Shown: piece after piece, positions 48,236 to 60,239 of the stretch
Layout of the letters: each line of letters begins with the position of its first letter
How positions within the stretch are numbered: the first letter of the stretch is position 1
The notes under the pieces: model-generated
The model's input: the letters and a program-made list of their open reading frames with translations, nothing else
The model's database searches: none
Told to the model about the DNA's origin: nothing
Translations under genes and position numbers: made by a program
Assembly (NCBI GenBank): GCA_002633005.1
Contig: NMRA01000766.1
Span: 80,978-144,977, forward strand
Length of the DNA: 64,000 nt
Source: Phoronis australis
Lineage: Eukaryota; Animalia; Phoronida
Direction of reading: 5' to 3'

Positions 48236-51200
48236 CTTCCATACCTTGTTTGATACTACAACTGGATGAGGTATACACAGATTATACTGGTGTGATGTTG
48301 TTTATTATTAATTTTATAAACAAGTTGTGTATTCATTAAGTTTTAGTATGGCATTTTGAATTGTGTACACCTGGCATTTTATGCACGATAGGTAAAATTT
48401 TAATTCAAAAATGTGCCTTGTAAATTAAGCAAGTGAAACATTGGGATACCAGTGATTTTGTAAATATAGTAAACGCTTATTGGAATTGAAGAGATTAATA
48501 TTTTGTATATAGCTCATGTAATTATATTTATATTTTTATAAGAATTAATATTATTGTGTATGATAGTTGTGTAACTTTGTTTGGTGAACTTTTACATTCA
48601 TTTGGCATTTTGATAGTCCATGTTGGTGTTTTGCCCAAAGGATTCAATTCACGAACAGAATTATCTGTGAACACATCTATATTATTGAGAAAACAATTTT
48701 AGATCGAGTTAGCTCTCCTAATATAAATTTAAACAAATTATGTGGACCCCTAGTAGGAAATTTTGACTAGACCTCATTAGTCCAAAAGCATCATAACTGG
48801 TCTCTTGTGTTTCTTGAAAATTGATTCGGTGGTGTGGTATTTTTAGTCACTCACTTTTTCAAGACAAAAAACCCACCAAGACAAGCAAAAATGATGCGAG
48901 ATTCGTTTCTTACTCATCACTTAGAAAACCTTTCTTACATGCCTTTTGTGCAGGTTTTCAAACAGAGACTGTGGCTGAAATTAAGGAGAATGGGCATTTT
49001 TTTCTTTAGTAGGTGAGTGCAGGTCTTAGAGTCGAGTGAAAGAGAACCAATTCTTGCTTTTTTGGCCTTGGCCCTTAATGTGTATTTAGTATGTTACTCA
49101 TTCATTCCATAGTTTGTGCATGTCAATAGACAAATTAAGACAGCTTTGACTGCTTTGCCTACAGCGACGTTGCCAACAAAATATGGTTTTATGATAGTTT
49201 GTATGGACTTTGATTAGTCAAGCATGGATTCAAAACATAGATGATAGTTTGTATGGACATTGACTAGTCAAGCATGGATTCAAAACAATTTATGCCGTGG
49301 AAGCAGTATTACCGTATGGCAGAAATATTCTTATTAAAAACTCCTTTTAGCTGGCTAAATAGGAAAGTCAAATCAGGCCTTTTACTCTCATAAAATCATT
49401 CATAATCCCCTTATGGTGATAGGATTCTGTTTCCGTAATCTACAAGAACTATGAAACCATTAGCGACTCAAGAAAACGGTTCAACCAAATTATTAGTTTA
49501 GCCAACCCTATAATTGCAAATTGAAGAGTGGCACAGTGCCTACGACTAGAGTTGGTAAATAGAATTTAATTCTATCTCGGTAACAAATATTATGATATAC
49601 ATTTTGCCTGTCAGAGTAAAAGGCTTGTATCAATTTTCGTTTTTGTAGCCAGCTTGAAGAATCTGATGTAAACACTCCATACTTATAATAATCGTGCAGA
49701 GGCAGATAATTATGAAGTCATTGTAAATATTCCATATAGCTGGGATGTCTTGGGTCATTAATGGTTTACATAACACATTGTTAAGTACGGGTTTGTTTTG
49801 TATACATTGTTTCATTGCGACACTACGTATTGTTGATTTGTTATTGAATGTGGTGCGTATTAGTTTTTGCTGTGCTGTTATCATTTAGAAATGAGTAAAT
49901 AAACTCTTAAACTACAACAGAATAGTGCTGATATATCTGACCTTTGTTTATGGGTTACGAGCTATAAAATTGGCCCATAAAATAATTTTGTAAACTACAA
50001 GAGATGTGATTGGCCAGAGTGACACAACTCCACCCTTCGCTTCGTCAAAGCCGTTCTACTTTAGAATGTGATTAGACCATGCCAATGTATGTACTTGCAT
50101 CGCCGTATACAGGCATGGCAAAATATCAATTTAAAATGTTTGGTTAAGAGAAACTTGAGCATTATATATGAAGAATATTGCATTTTCAAAAAATCTTAAA
50201 ATCGCAAACTGACAATCATTTCTAAGTTAAAATGATTACTAAAGAGCACTAATTGTCCATTTCATCCAAATCTGGTCTGTAACCAAATACTGGCCTGAGA
50301 GATAAAAACTATTCCTCATGTTCTGAATCAGGGAGATGGAATTCCTGTCCCATGCTTTCAATTGGGGTAATAATTCTCCAATTTGGGACAAAGTCTAAAC
50401 TTTGGGACACCAAAATTAAATTTTCTTGATTATAGAGACTGAAAATTGGCAATCTTGACATTCACATTTCTCAAAGATTGGGTACAGCATTCACTCTTAA
50501 TCAACAAAATCTGAAATTAGACTTGGCAGTTCATAACATTCTCAAAAATAGTCATAATGTATGTTTGCATGTGTCCCATAGCGTGTAACATCGAGACGAA
50601 TGATTGTCTTTCGGTGATCACGATTTTTTTATTTAGGACGGCCAATATTGACCGTTTCTACAATTTAGCACAAGCACTGACCTTGACAAAATGAACTGAA
50701 TTGTCACTGTACCAAACTAAAAGAGTTTTTACCATAATTCAAATCAAATGTTAGTCTTGGGTATTGATTTTGCGGTCTTACTTAGCAAATTATGTAAACT
50801 CTTGAGTACTGATGAGGGTACAACAAGACTCAAAATCACTATAAACTTCAGTGTTTAAATTTCATTACCTTGTTCAAATTATATCAAGGTTCATTTATTT
50901 GATATCTTAGCACAAAAACAGTCTCAAAAGAATAACAATCATTCAAAACTCATTGGTATCAATTTGGAAATTAAGAAATTTTTATGCATTGATACATCTA
51001 ATAAAAACTTTATATCAAACAGACAATTTGAAGCTTGATTCTAATGTTATTGTAATAGTTACTTCTTGCCAATTTTCATAGCAAACCAAAGCAATGGTTA
51101 CGAAAAGGATCCATATCTCAGAAAATAATGGCTAAAAGCAAAGCAGGGCAATACATAACATCTTCAGAAAATGCTTCACTAGAAACAACTCAAGTCAAAT

Positions 51201-51997
51201 TATGATTTTAACACAGAACTGCTCACTGAGACAGAACAACGACCTTTAAAGTATACGTTTTACACAGTCAAATTCTTTGTTTTACCATATCAGAAGCCAC
51301 TGCGTGATGCCCAGGCAGCCTTCAGTCTCCTAACTCAAAATATTTTAACAGAAAGGCTTCCACTGAAGTGAAGCTGAGGTTTGATGTCAAATCTACTTCG
51401 GTTTTGTTTCTACTTGAACACTGGAAAAAAAAGTTGAGAGTCTAAGATGGTTTAGCAATTCTCATCCAAGGTCCACAGATCATCAAGTGTGCAATCTTAT
51501 TTGTAAGCAGAAAAGAAGGTCATCTGACATCAACAGTGAATGTGATAACAAATCTCACTAGATCAGAACACAATATACAGAATTTGAATTTCCTATTTCA
51601 TTAAAAGTAATAGAGTATCAAATTCATGTTTTACTCAATGTTCAAGTACTGAGCCCCGGCTACCATCAGACACTATTTTGAACAAAAATGTGGACATTCA
51701 AATGTTACAAGCCTTTGAAAAATGAAAAAGGTCAATTTCGGAATTTCTTTCTCCAAAATTAGTGATATTGCTAGAGAACATTAGTTACTGCACTCAAAAT
51801 CAAAGGCTTGGTGACAAGAACTATTCTAACGCCGCGGTGATTAGCTTGAACTGACTGTCCATAGACAGATTTATAATATAAATAACTGATAAAGTTCAGA
51901 CACGTCACTGGTCACAGGTAGTCAATCACATAAACCGGTGACAAGTTCACATCAGGGTCACAGGTACGGTTAATCCCATAAAGCAGTGACAGGTATG

Positions 51998-54900
51998 TCA
52001 TGACTGGCTTTTCTTAAATTTCTCTGACAGTCCACTGTTGAAACCTTCACGGTTTCTGGCTATCTCTATGGCCAGGAATTGAACTTTTGGCGCTGAAAAG
52101 AAAAAAGAAGAAATGAAACATACAGTATACTCACAACTGTCAAAAAAAGATTTCGCTTTAAGTCACTCATTCAGTCTCATTTCTTTACCAACTCACACCC
52201 AAGCAAGTTCTATGCTTGTCACGAACTGACGGCTCCTCATTGAAGTAATATGACTGACAAGAAAAGTTATTTTTCCGAGATCGGTCTCATGGCGGGATCT
52301 AGCCTGGAACCACTGGAGCCTCATGCTGAACTGGCGCAGCTAAATCCCACTTGGTAAATGACAGAGTATAAAAATAGCATAAAATCAATCTTGACTCATA
52401 AAATCATTCTTAACTCATCAAATCACACGGGACTCATAAAATCACTCTTGACTCATCAAATAACTCTTGACTCGTAAAATCCCTCTTGACTCGCAAAAGG
52501 GCTTTTCACATTAACGTCGACGCGTTGATGGTTTGGGGAGTTACGGTCAGTATGAACGCTTAACTCCGGTCCTGGATTGCAGTTAACAGCTCCAGTTAAC
52601 ATCGCAGTTAACAGGTGGATTTAATAGCGCAGCGTCAACGCTGCGGTGCCATATGAACTGCTTACTTCCATGTTCATTAACTACCGAAGCCAGTATGAAC
52701 GGTCCAGTTAACTGCGCTGTTTATGTCAACGCTCCGCTCAGACCGGAGTTAAGTCAATATGAAAGGGCCTAAAATCACTCTTGACTCATACAATCACTCT
52801 TGACGTCTCATAAAATCGCTCTCACGATATTTCCTGCTGTGATAGGATTCCATTGTTAATCAGCGTACTCACCTAACGTAGTATTTTCTTCGGAGTACTC
52901 CCCTTGGCAGTCCAGTCGCAGCAGGGTTCCCATGTTGTAGTCATCAACAACGCCTTTGTACTTTTCACAAAAAGGGCGCCATTTCTAAAATCAAAACAAA
53001 TAATTAACCACACATACCGACATATTACTCTGAAGTTTTGGACATTATAAAAATCCGATTTATACGCCTTTAGGACAGAGGTCAAATTTAGAGGAGAAAA
53101 ATAAATTATGTACCTAATGACCCTACAAGACCATAAAATGTGAGACACAATTAAATTCTGGGAACTGGAAATAGCAAAAAACAAAGAAAAGCAAGTTGGG
53201 AGAAAAAGACTTGTTTTTGCGGTAACTGGAAAGTATGAGACACAGCTTGTGCCATCTGGTGGGTACATATGTACTGAAGACTTGCGTACACATATTAAGC
53301 AAATCATGCCATTGCCACAAAAACACATTCCAACTTGAGCTCTCGCTTTGATCATGTGGGTTTGTATTCGTAACATTTTAAGTACAAATCCCAAGGTTTG
53401 CCGTGCTTTGAGAAGTAAATATCTTACTGTGTCTGACTAAGCAAATATTTTTTATTTGTCACAAAATTCTTGAATTGTCACAAAATGTCACAGGAATTCA
53501 GGCAAGCAAGCTCTGTCCCAACTTGTCACAATGAATCCAATTTCTGACAGTGGTCAAGAGCTCTACGTGAACAGTGACGAGCAGACCTAGCCAGGCGGTA
53601 TGTAACTTCGAGATCCATATTGATTTCACATGCATCATTCCTTGGCTGTATTTTGGTTGGCTAAGAAAAATGCACAAGTATTGGCAGCAAAACGCATAAA
53701 ATTAAAAGACTACCACGCCTAGAGCTGCATTCAGTACAGAGCTCTGTATTGCCCTAAATAGTGCTTACAGCTTTTCCTTCAGCCGACTTCATCGAGTCCT
53801 CCTTAATTTTATCCACCAGCATGTCAGGAAACAACTTTCGAAAGTGGTTGTAAACATCGTCATCATGTTTCGTCAGTTTCAGCAGTTTGGGTTCAGCAGC
53901 CAGCAACAGCTGTCGAAAAAAGCATAATCAGTCAAAGAAGCATACCACCTTCAGCACTTCTTCTAACATATACTCCTCAATTTCAAGGTTACGTAAGAAC
54001 AAAATTTGGACAACTTGGGAACATCATATCTCAGAATTGGTTGATCAAATTCATATGCAAATTTCGCATAATATGCTTCTTGAACTGTTTTCCAAAACGC
54101 TGTTAAGAATTCTTTTGAAATGTTCTGCTTTTGAATGAGTGGCTACAAACAATAGGACAACCCTAGTCCTGCTAACCACGGGCTTATCAGATTTCAACAT
54201 TCCAGTCTGTCTGGCTAATACCGGCTGTCTCCGGCTGACCAGCATTCACCTAAGTAGGTCAAAGTCAATTAAAAAGTAATGGCCAATCAGAAAATTTAAA
54301 AGGGCCTAGTAAGGCTGGGTTGCTTCAGACAAGGCATAAGGTCCCAAGCATTCATGAAAGACTGTTTGTGATTGGCTAATTGAGCATTATTGGTCTGGGA
54401 TTCCATATTGAGCATGGGATTTTCCAGTCTTCCTGCACACCGGTAACTTATCTTGATTTACCTGTTGTTCTGAGGCCTCTTGTTTGAAATGGACACTTGA
54501 TAATGAATTCAGAACACTTCTACCCTTGTTTTAATTGACATATGGTCATATTTTTTGGTTATTTGTGTTTATTTGCATGAGATGAGAATATTGAAAACTT
54601 TTGTATTTTACACCATCACCGTTGTTCCATTGGTCATCACCAACATATATCATAATTATCTTCCTGATTGTTATGATAGAGATGAAGCTGGTTTTATGAG
54701 CTTCACAATGATGTATAATACATGGTATATAAATCAAACTGGTTTGTTAAATTTTTTATTAAAACGATTGAGAGTGTTAATATTGAGCTTGACCTAAAAA
54801 TAGCCAGCCAGCTGGTCTGGACACTGTTTACAGTGTATAGCACTACAAGGGTTTTAAAACTTGCATGTTACGAAAACAAAATGATTTAGAAAACTGTAAC

Positions 54901-57291
54901 AGCCTCTACGCATTAGGAGAAACTTTCGCAGTGAAAAATAACATAATTTACACAAACACTTATAATTGGTAAGAACAAAATAATACAAAACTTGAACACA
55001 CACTTCTTGTTAGCATTTTGAAAGTACCTTATGTTTCTATTGAATGTTATAAAAGGAACTCACATTGAAATGTACTTCAGCATGGGCAAATGCCTTTTCT
55101 GCCCACTGCCACTCAACATCTGGCTAAAAAAGTACACAATGTCTAATAAGTGACAACAGTCACCACAGTAGAACAGTTCAAAATGACATAGCAAAAATAA
55201 CATAGAGTGATATACACAATAGTACTGCAGACAAAGCAGGTGAAGTCACTGCCCATGACTTTTTGGAATAAGAACACATCAAATTTCAAAAAACAAACAT
55301 GTTGAAATTATTTCACACTTAGGATTCATGCTCAACGCACATGGCATTCAAAAGTGTAGTTACCCATACAAACAGTCAGAAAGTCACTTCACCTGTTCCA
55401 ATGACAGTGCCCAAGGTGGACAAAACCACCGTTGTACCAACCACAACAAAACATGTCCTCTTCAAGTTACAATGTATCACAAAGTTGTTGGAAACTCATC
55501 AATGAATTCCCACGACACAAAACAATGAAGGAGTGAACCAGTGGCAGCCAAGCCCTTATGGCCAGGTTTTGATAATACTTTAAAGCAACTGCTGTCAAAA
55601 ATTATTCACTTGATCATGTCCAACACTTACTCTGTTGCCCAAATCTTCAGCTTTACTGTTGAGTGCATTGATACCAGCTGCAACCTCAGCAGGACCCTGC
55701 AGGAACAATGAACGTTCTTAACAACTACACAGCAAAAGAGAACGGAAACAGTCCAAAATAAAAGAGTACTGGCTTGGCTCTGTTAAGCGGCCGGGTGTTT
55801 ATTTGACAATGAACTTATATCCCCAGTGATTTACAATATCCCCCAGGCCTAATGTTCTCCTGACCCGATACTCTCCTGTTTCGGTGTTTCACAGGCTCGA
55901 AATCGCACACCCATTCAAATTCTTCACTTCGTTTGTCACAAAATAAATAATATTTCTGGGTACCAATTTTGTTCACTGGTAGGCCCTCAGTTTTGCTTTT
56001 GCAAAAACGTCTTGCACAACAAGCTTCAACTCACTCGGTTCGAGTGCACAGCGTGATGTTTTTAAAAGGCTGGAGCACCAAGATGCGAATCAAAATCAAC
56101 CTTAAATTCAGGATAAAAACACCATTTCATTTGAACTCAGCAAAAAGCTGGGTAACGACAGACTCAGAATGCAGTTGCACTCTGAAAATTAGCTCAGCAC
56201 CTGGGCAACTCACCAGTGAACTTCTACTTTACCAGCACAGTTTTTAGTCACACTGGCTACTTGGGCGAGTGGCTAAGTAACGGTAATCCTGAGGATGATT
56301 AAGTTATGATCCAGGCACGTTTTGAAACTACCGCCGCTCAAAAAAGGTGCAGGAGGATCTAACACCCCCCCTCCTCTAGCCTTGGTGCAAAGTTGTCTAC
56401 GAAATATACAGCTTTGCACCAATGTGGGTAAAAAATGACCCAATAAAATCTGACACAAAATTAGTCATTAAAAACAACATTCTTCCTTTAGTAAACTAAA
56501 TTATTTTTCGGTGTCGGAAAAATAGGCACTTTACCGTTATTTTGCTGCTAAAGTTGTGGAGCGATCTTGTGAGGTTGCGTACACATCACAACAAATTATT
56601 GGAATTGATTTCACTTTCTTATAAGTTTTTAGAAGTTTGATACCAGCAAACCAAATTTATATAAACAAACTTTGCTGCTACGAAGCTAACATCATCTACC
56701 GAGGCCGGATGTACGCAAAAATTTGTGAAATGGCGCGTGTGCGTTTCACGAGCGTACTGATTTCAAAACGACAACATAATTTCTTTGTTACAAAAGGCAG
56801 TTAGAAAATGATGTTTATTAGATTGTTTCGCAGTAACTAACGCAGTAATGAGCAAAGTGAGTGTTGCTTGAGTCCCAGATTTTGCAAGCAACNAGCAGAA
56901 CTACCCGGGCAGTGTGCAATTTCAAGGACACGTTGTCAAGGTCTGTCGGAGGGCACTAGTCAGATATAATGGACCATGATTTAGAGAACCAGTTTCATCC
57001 ACTAAATAACGGCCGTTATTTAGTGATTGCCTGGTTCTCTTAAGTCAGGGTCCATTACAATAGTGGCGTAGTGCCCACGTGAGTAGCACATAACAGTTTC
57101 TGATTGTTCCAGCCATACTCTTCACTGTTTCAATGCCACGGATCACATGCTGAAATACCAGGTCAAGTCACTGATAATGCCGAAAATCGGTACTTATAGA
57201 GAGAAAATCAACATCAGTTAGAAGAAAACAAGAAAAGTTACACACATAATTCACCCTAAAACACAATAATCCCTACCAAGGAGGCCGCCAT
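51998..57291 (-). CDS. PBDC1: Polysaccharide biosynthesis domain-containing protein 1 (PBDC1/CXorf26 family)
   Basis: Exons 57291-57277 (MAASL, less certain), 55696-55631 (GPAEVAAGINALNSKAEDLGNR), 55123-55064 (PDVEWQWAEKAFAHAEVHFN), 53909-53769 (LLLAAEPKLLKLTKHDDDVYNHFRKLFP..KSAEGKA), 52984-52873 (KWRPFCEKYKGVVDDYNMGTLLRLDCQGEYSEENTTL), 52092-51998 (PKVQFLAIEIARNREGFN..*). Confidence 0.92.
52378..52815. repeat. ~20-bp degenerate minisatellite (aaatcactcttgactcat) interrupted by a MITE
   Basis: About 6 copies before 52499 and 2-3 after 52769. Confidence 0.8.
52499..52769. mobile_element. Harbinger-like MITE in the last PBDC1 intron
   Basis: Left gggcttttcacattaac resembles the reverse complement of right gtcaatatgaaagggcc; inner ttaactccggtc / gaccggagttaa inverted pair; right flank TAA. 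Confidence 0.65.
56952..57057. mobile_element. Hairpin MITE copy related to 39231-39354
   Basis: ggcactagtcagatataatggacc..gagaaccagtttcatccactaaataa..gattgcctggttctc..cagggtccatta aligns with the 39231 element. Confidence 0.8.
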
Positions 57292-57412
57292 ATTGTTCGT
57301 ATGACTTAGCCAATCAAACGCCGTTATACACTTCCAGACACGAGAGAGTCCACGTTTATGATTGGTTTCATACTTTTTCAAATCGGAAGACTCGACCTAC
57401 CTTTTGTGCGCG
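57292..57412. promoter_or_regulatory. Compact bidirectional promoter PBDC1 / KIF20 with two CCAAT boxes and a CHR-like element
   Basis: CCAAT 57310-57314, ATTGG 57361-57365, TTCAAA (reverse CHR TTTGAA) 57377-57382; strong + strand donor cg|gtaagt at 57412/57413 suggests a non-coding KIF20 exon 1. Confidence 0.6.
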
Positions 57413-58151
57413 GTAAGTTATGAAAATTTTAGGTAGTTGAATATCACAAATAATTTAACAAATCTATAATTGATTAAATCCAAGCTGCAACATAGTTATT
57501 GAGCATAATCTATTGAACCAAAATATTTACATTTTAGAGTGTTTCAGCACCACAAAGGAATATTTTTACGAAAAGAAAGTCCACTTTTGACTATCATCAG
57601 CTCATGTAATCGTAATTCGATCGGCATTCGGATGACTCGAATGTGTCTGTGTCCCTGATTTTTTGAGTACCATTTTCATTCTCAGAATAACGGGTTCTTG
57701 ATTAATTGCCTGGTTCTCTTAATGATGATCGTGTACCGCTGTGGCCAACCGCGACCTAACCAGTTCCATTCCCTCAAAGTTTTCCCAATGAAGTAAATTA
57801 TTTGGGACGTTTTTACTAGAAGACACTGAGTGACTGATTGGTTCCTTTTGGTGAGCACGAGACCTGGGTTGGCAAGTTACCCACAGAGACCACCAAAGAT
57901 CACCCTGCCCACACAGGATGTGATCTGCTTAGACCTGACCAAGAAAAAACTACACCATGGGTTTTCTTACTTGGTAGGCCTACTGTACACTTACTGAAAA
58001 CCTTTTTAAGACGTTAGTTAGGCGACTAGGCCTTCTGAAATAACTGATGTGAACAGTTGGTTGAACTTATAACCATGTATTGGACAGAGTGAAAGTTATC
58101 TCGGATTCCGGGAGCCAGAGATAACTTTTCAAAAAAATGTACTGCAGAATA

Positions 58152-58297
58152 CAGGAGCGGATCCAGGATTTTGAGTTAGGGAGGGCCAGGGCAGAATATT
58201 AGCTAGGATTTTGTCCATCACATTCGCACCCCCGAACTGCCTAATGCAACCTGGGAGAATTTTATGGGGGCCTTGGCCCCCTCTAAATCCACCTCTG
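58152..58297. mobile_element. Short MITE with CAGGRGCGGATCC-type termini
   Basis: caggagcggatccaggattt ... aaatccacctctg imperfect TIRs; flanks gaata / aaata. Confidence 0.5.
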
Positions 58298-58368
58298 AAA
58301 TATATACAGAGTCTAGTGCAATCTGCAATTCTACCCAACACCAGTTGTCAATTAGCTTTATTCGGTAA

Positions 58369-58490
58369 CAGTCGGATAGGTGGGTCAAGATTTAAAAGGA
58401 TTTGAGAACCAGTTACTCCCCCTGAATAATGCCTGGGTAGTAATTGATTCTCAAATCCCTTTGTATCAGAGACCCACTTGTCCGACTATT
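58369..58490. mobile_element. Diverged hairpin MITE related to the 39231 family
   Basis: agtcggata.gtgggtc..aaaggatttgagaa..ttctcaaatccc..gacccacttgtccgact inverted repeat sharing agtcggata and gagaaccag motifs. Confidence 0.6.
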
Positions 58491-59131
58491 GTCCTTTATT
58501 CCATTGCGATTCAGTTAAATCCTGTTACCAACAGGATTTAGCTTCCAACTAAAAAGGTCTGTTGCTAGTCATTGTTCCTTCGCAACTTATTTTGGTGTTT
58601 TGACGGCAAATGAGTCGAACCTTGGGGGGGGGGGGAATTTTTCAATCACTTGAGAGGAATTTTTGGGCCTCATGTGGGGAATTTCATGTGGCTTTTTAAT
58701 ATTTTTCAGTGGGGAATGGGGCCGATATTTGACCCCAAAATCGATGGCCCTGGTATGTTTAGTTATTGGAAGGATTTGAAGCCATCGGTGCCCTCAAAGT
58801 GTGCTGTACTTTGATGGGACAGCCATTGTGAGGTTTAATCTGCAGAATATTTAGCTATATGTGGTGATGCGTGTTCATCTCAGCATGATAGTTGTGATAT
58901 TGCTTCTGTCTAGGTTCTCATTACCCTCCTGTTTAGCAACCCAAGTGTTTCTTCATTTTATTTTCAAACGAAGGTGTCCGTTTGCGAGATAAAATAATAC
59001 TAGCTCATGAATAAGGTTTGAGTCTTTCTTTCCTTGAATTCACAGGAACAGTTAACAACAGAGTATCTAAATGGTCAAATTTTCACAATGGAATGTTGAC
59101 GTAAGATTTGTCCTTCTGTTCTCAGATCAAC

Positions 59132-60181
59132 ATGGACACATCGTTTATGATTGACTCCCCAGAATGTACCGACAGTCCCCTAGAGGAGGATGCATTCTCC
59201 AACACAAAGCGCAACCTATTGGAAGATTTTGCGTGCCCGACGCCGATGAAGGCGTCAAACGTGGAGCCGGGGGAAGAACACATGAAGGTGTTCCTTCGCA
59301 TTCGGCCATTCACAGAGGAGGAAACAACCAGTGGCGAGAATCAGGTACCTGTTATGACGTGTTCTGTCATGATCTTTGGTGGCAGTGGTTACGTCTTGGT
59401 CAGTCACAACCTCTGGTGATGGTAATGGTAATTAGTTAACGAGTGAACGTGTAGTTGATTATTATCCCTAACTTTTGGATTATATTTAAGTACTTAGGTT
59501 AATGTAAAACCAATGTAAAGATACAAACCTAAAAATTTATTACCCCTCACAGTCGGATAGGGGTACCTTGTAACTTATGTCACAGCTGCTGAAAATCACA
59601 TTGTAGATGATTGGGTATCCTGGGTCAGGGCCTTGCTAGTCCTCATTAAAAGGACAACTTTCGCTGTGTTCTCTATCTTCTGTTGTAGTTTTTTGTTTAC
59701 TTGCAGCTGGTTTGAAAACAGTGCAACAGTATCAGTTAAATGTGCAGATTTCTAGGTTTGCAGATTTCTAGGTTTTACCCACTATGTAGGATCCCTCCAC
59801 GCTGAGAATTGGGAACATTCTGAATCTGATTTTTTTTTCTCGAGAGCCATGGTTCAATTTACTGAAAAAGAAACAAATTATTGACCGCAATGCCTAGAAA
59901 CTTAAAAATTTCTGCATTGCTGTATGTGTGGAACTAACAAGAAGATGTCACAGAGGGATATTATCCTCTGTTACTCACCAGCTGTATAGACAGGTATTGC
60001 GTTGCAACTGGTCTTGCTCGTTAAAGCCCACAATACTAATTTCTTTGTTTCAATTAATATAGACTGACAAATTTTGTAGATCAAAACTTACTACACTAAT
60101 GGATTTTTGTGGAAATTTTTTCGACATATTTACTGGTCATGTGATAGATCTGTGGTGAGTAAGTATTATTAAGTATCATTG

Positions 60182-60239
<58 letters not shown>

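Noticed and set aside
47177-48278. Long ORFs of 259-359 aa
   Set aside because: Artefacts of the N gap and the 45-bp tandem repeat.
48300-51900. Short ORFs between SPEF1-B and PBDC1
   Set aside because: AT-rich UTR or intergenic sequence with no recognisable domains or exon chain.
57076-57116. Alternative PBDC1 start exon (MAGTIRN..)
   Set aside because: No convincing phase-0 donor; the MAASL exon at 57291-57277 has a better start context and correct phase.
59046-59100. Extra KIF20 5' UTR exon ending at a gtaaga donor
   Set aside because: The implied intron to the 59125 acceptor would be only 25 nt.
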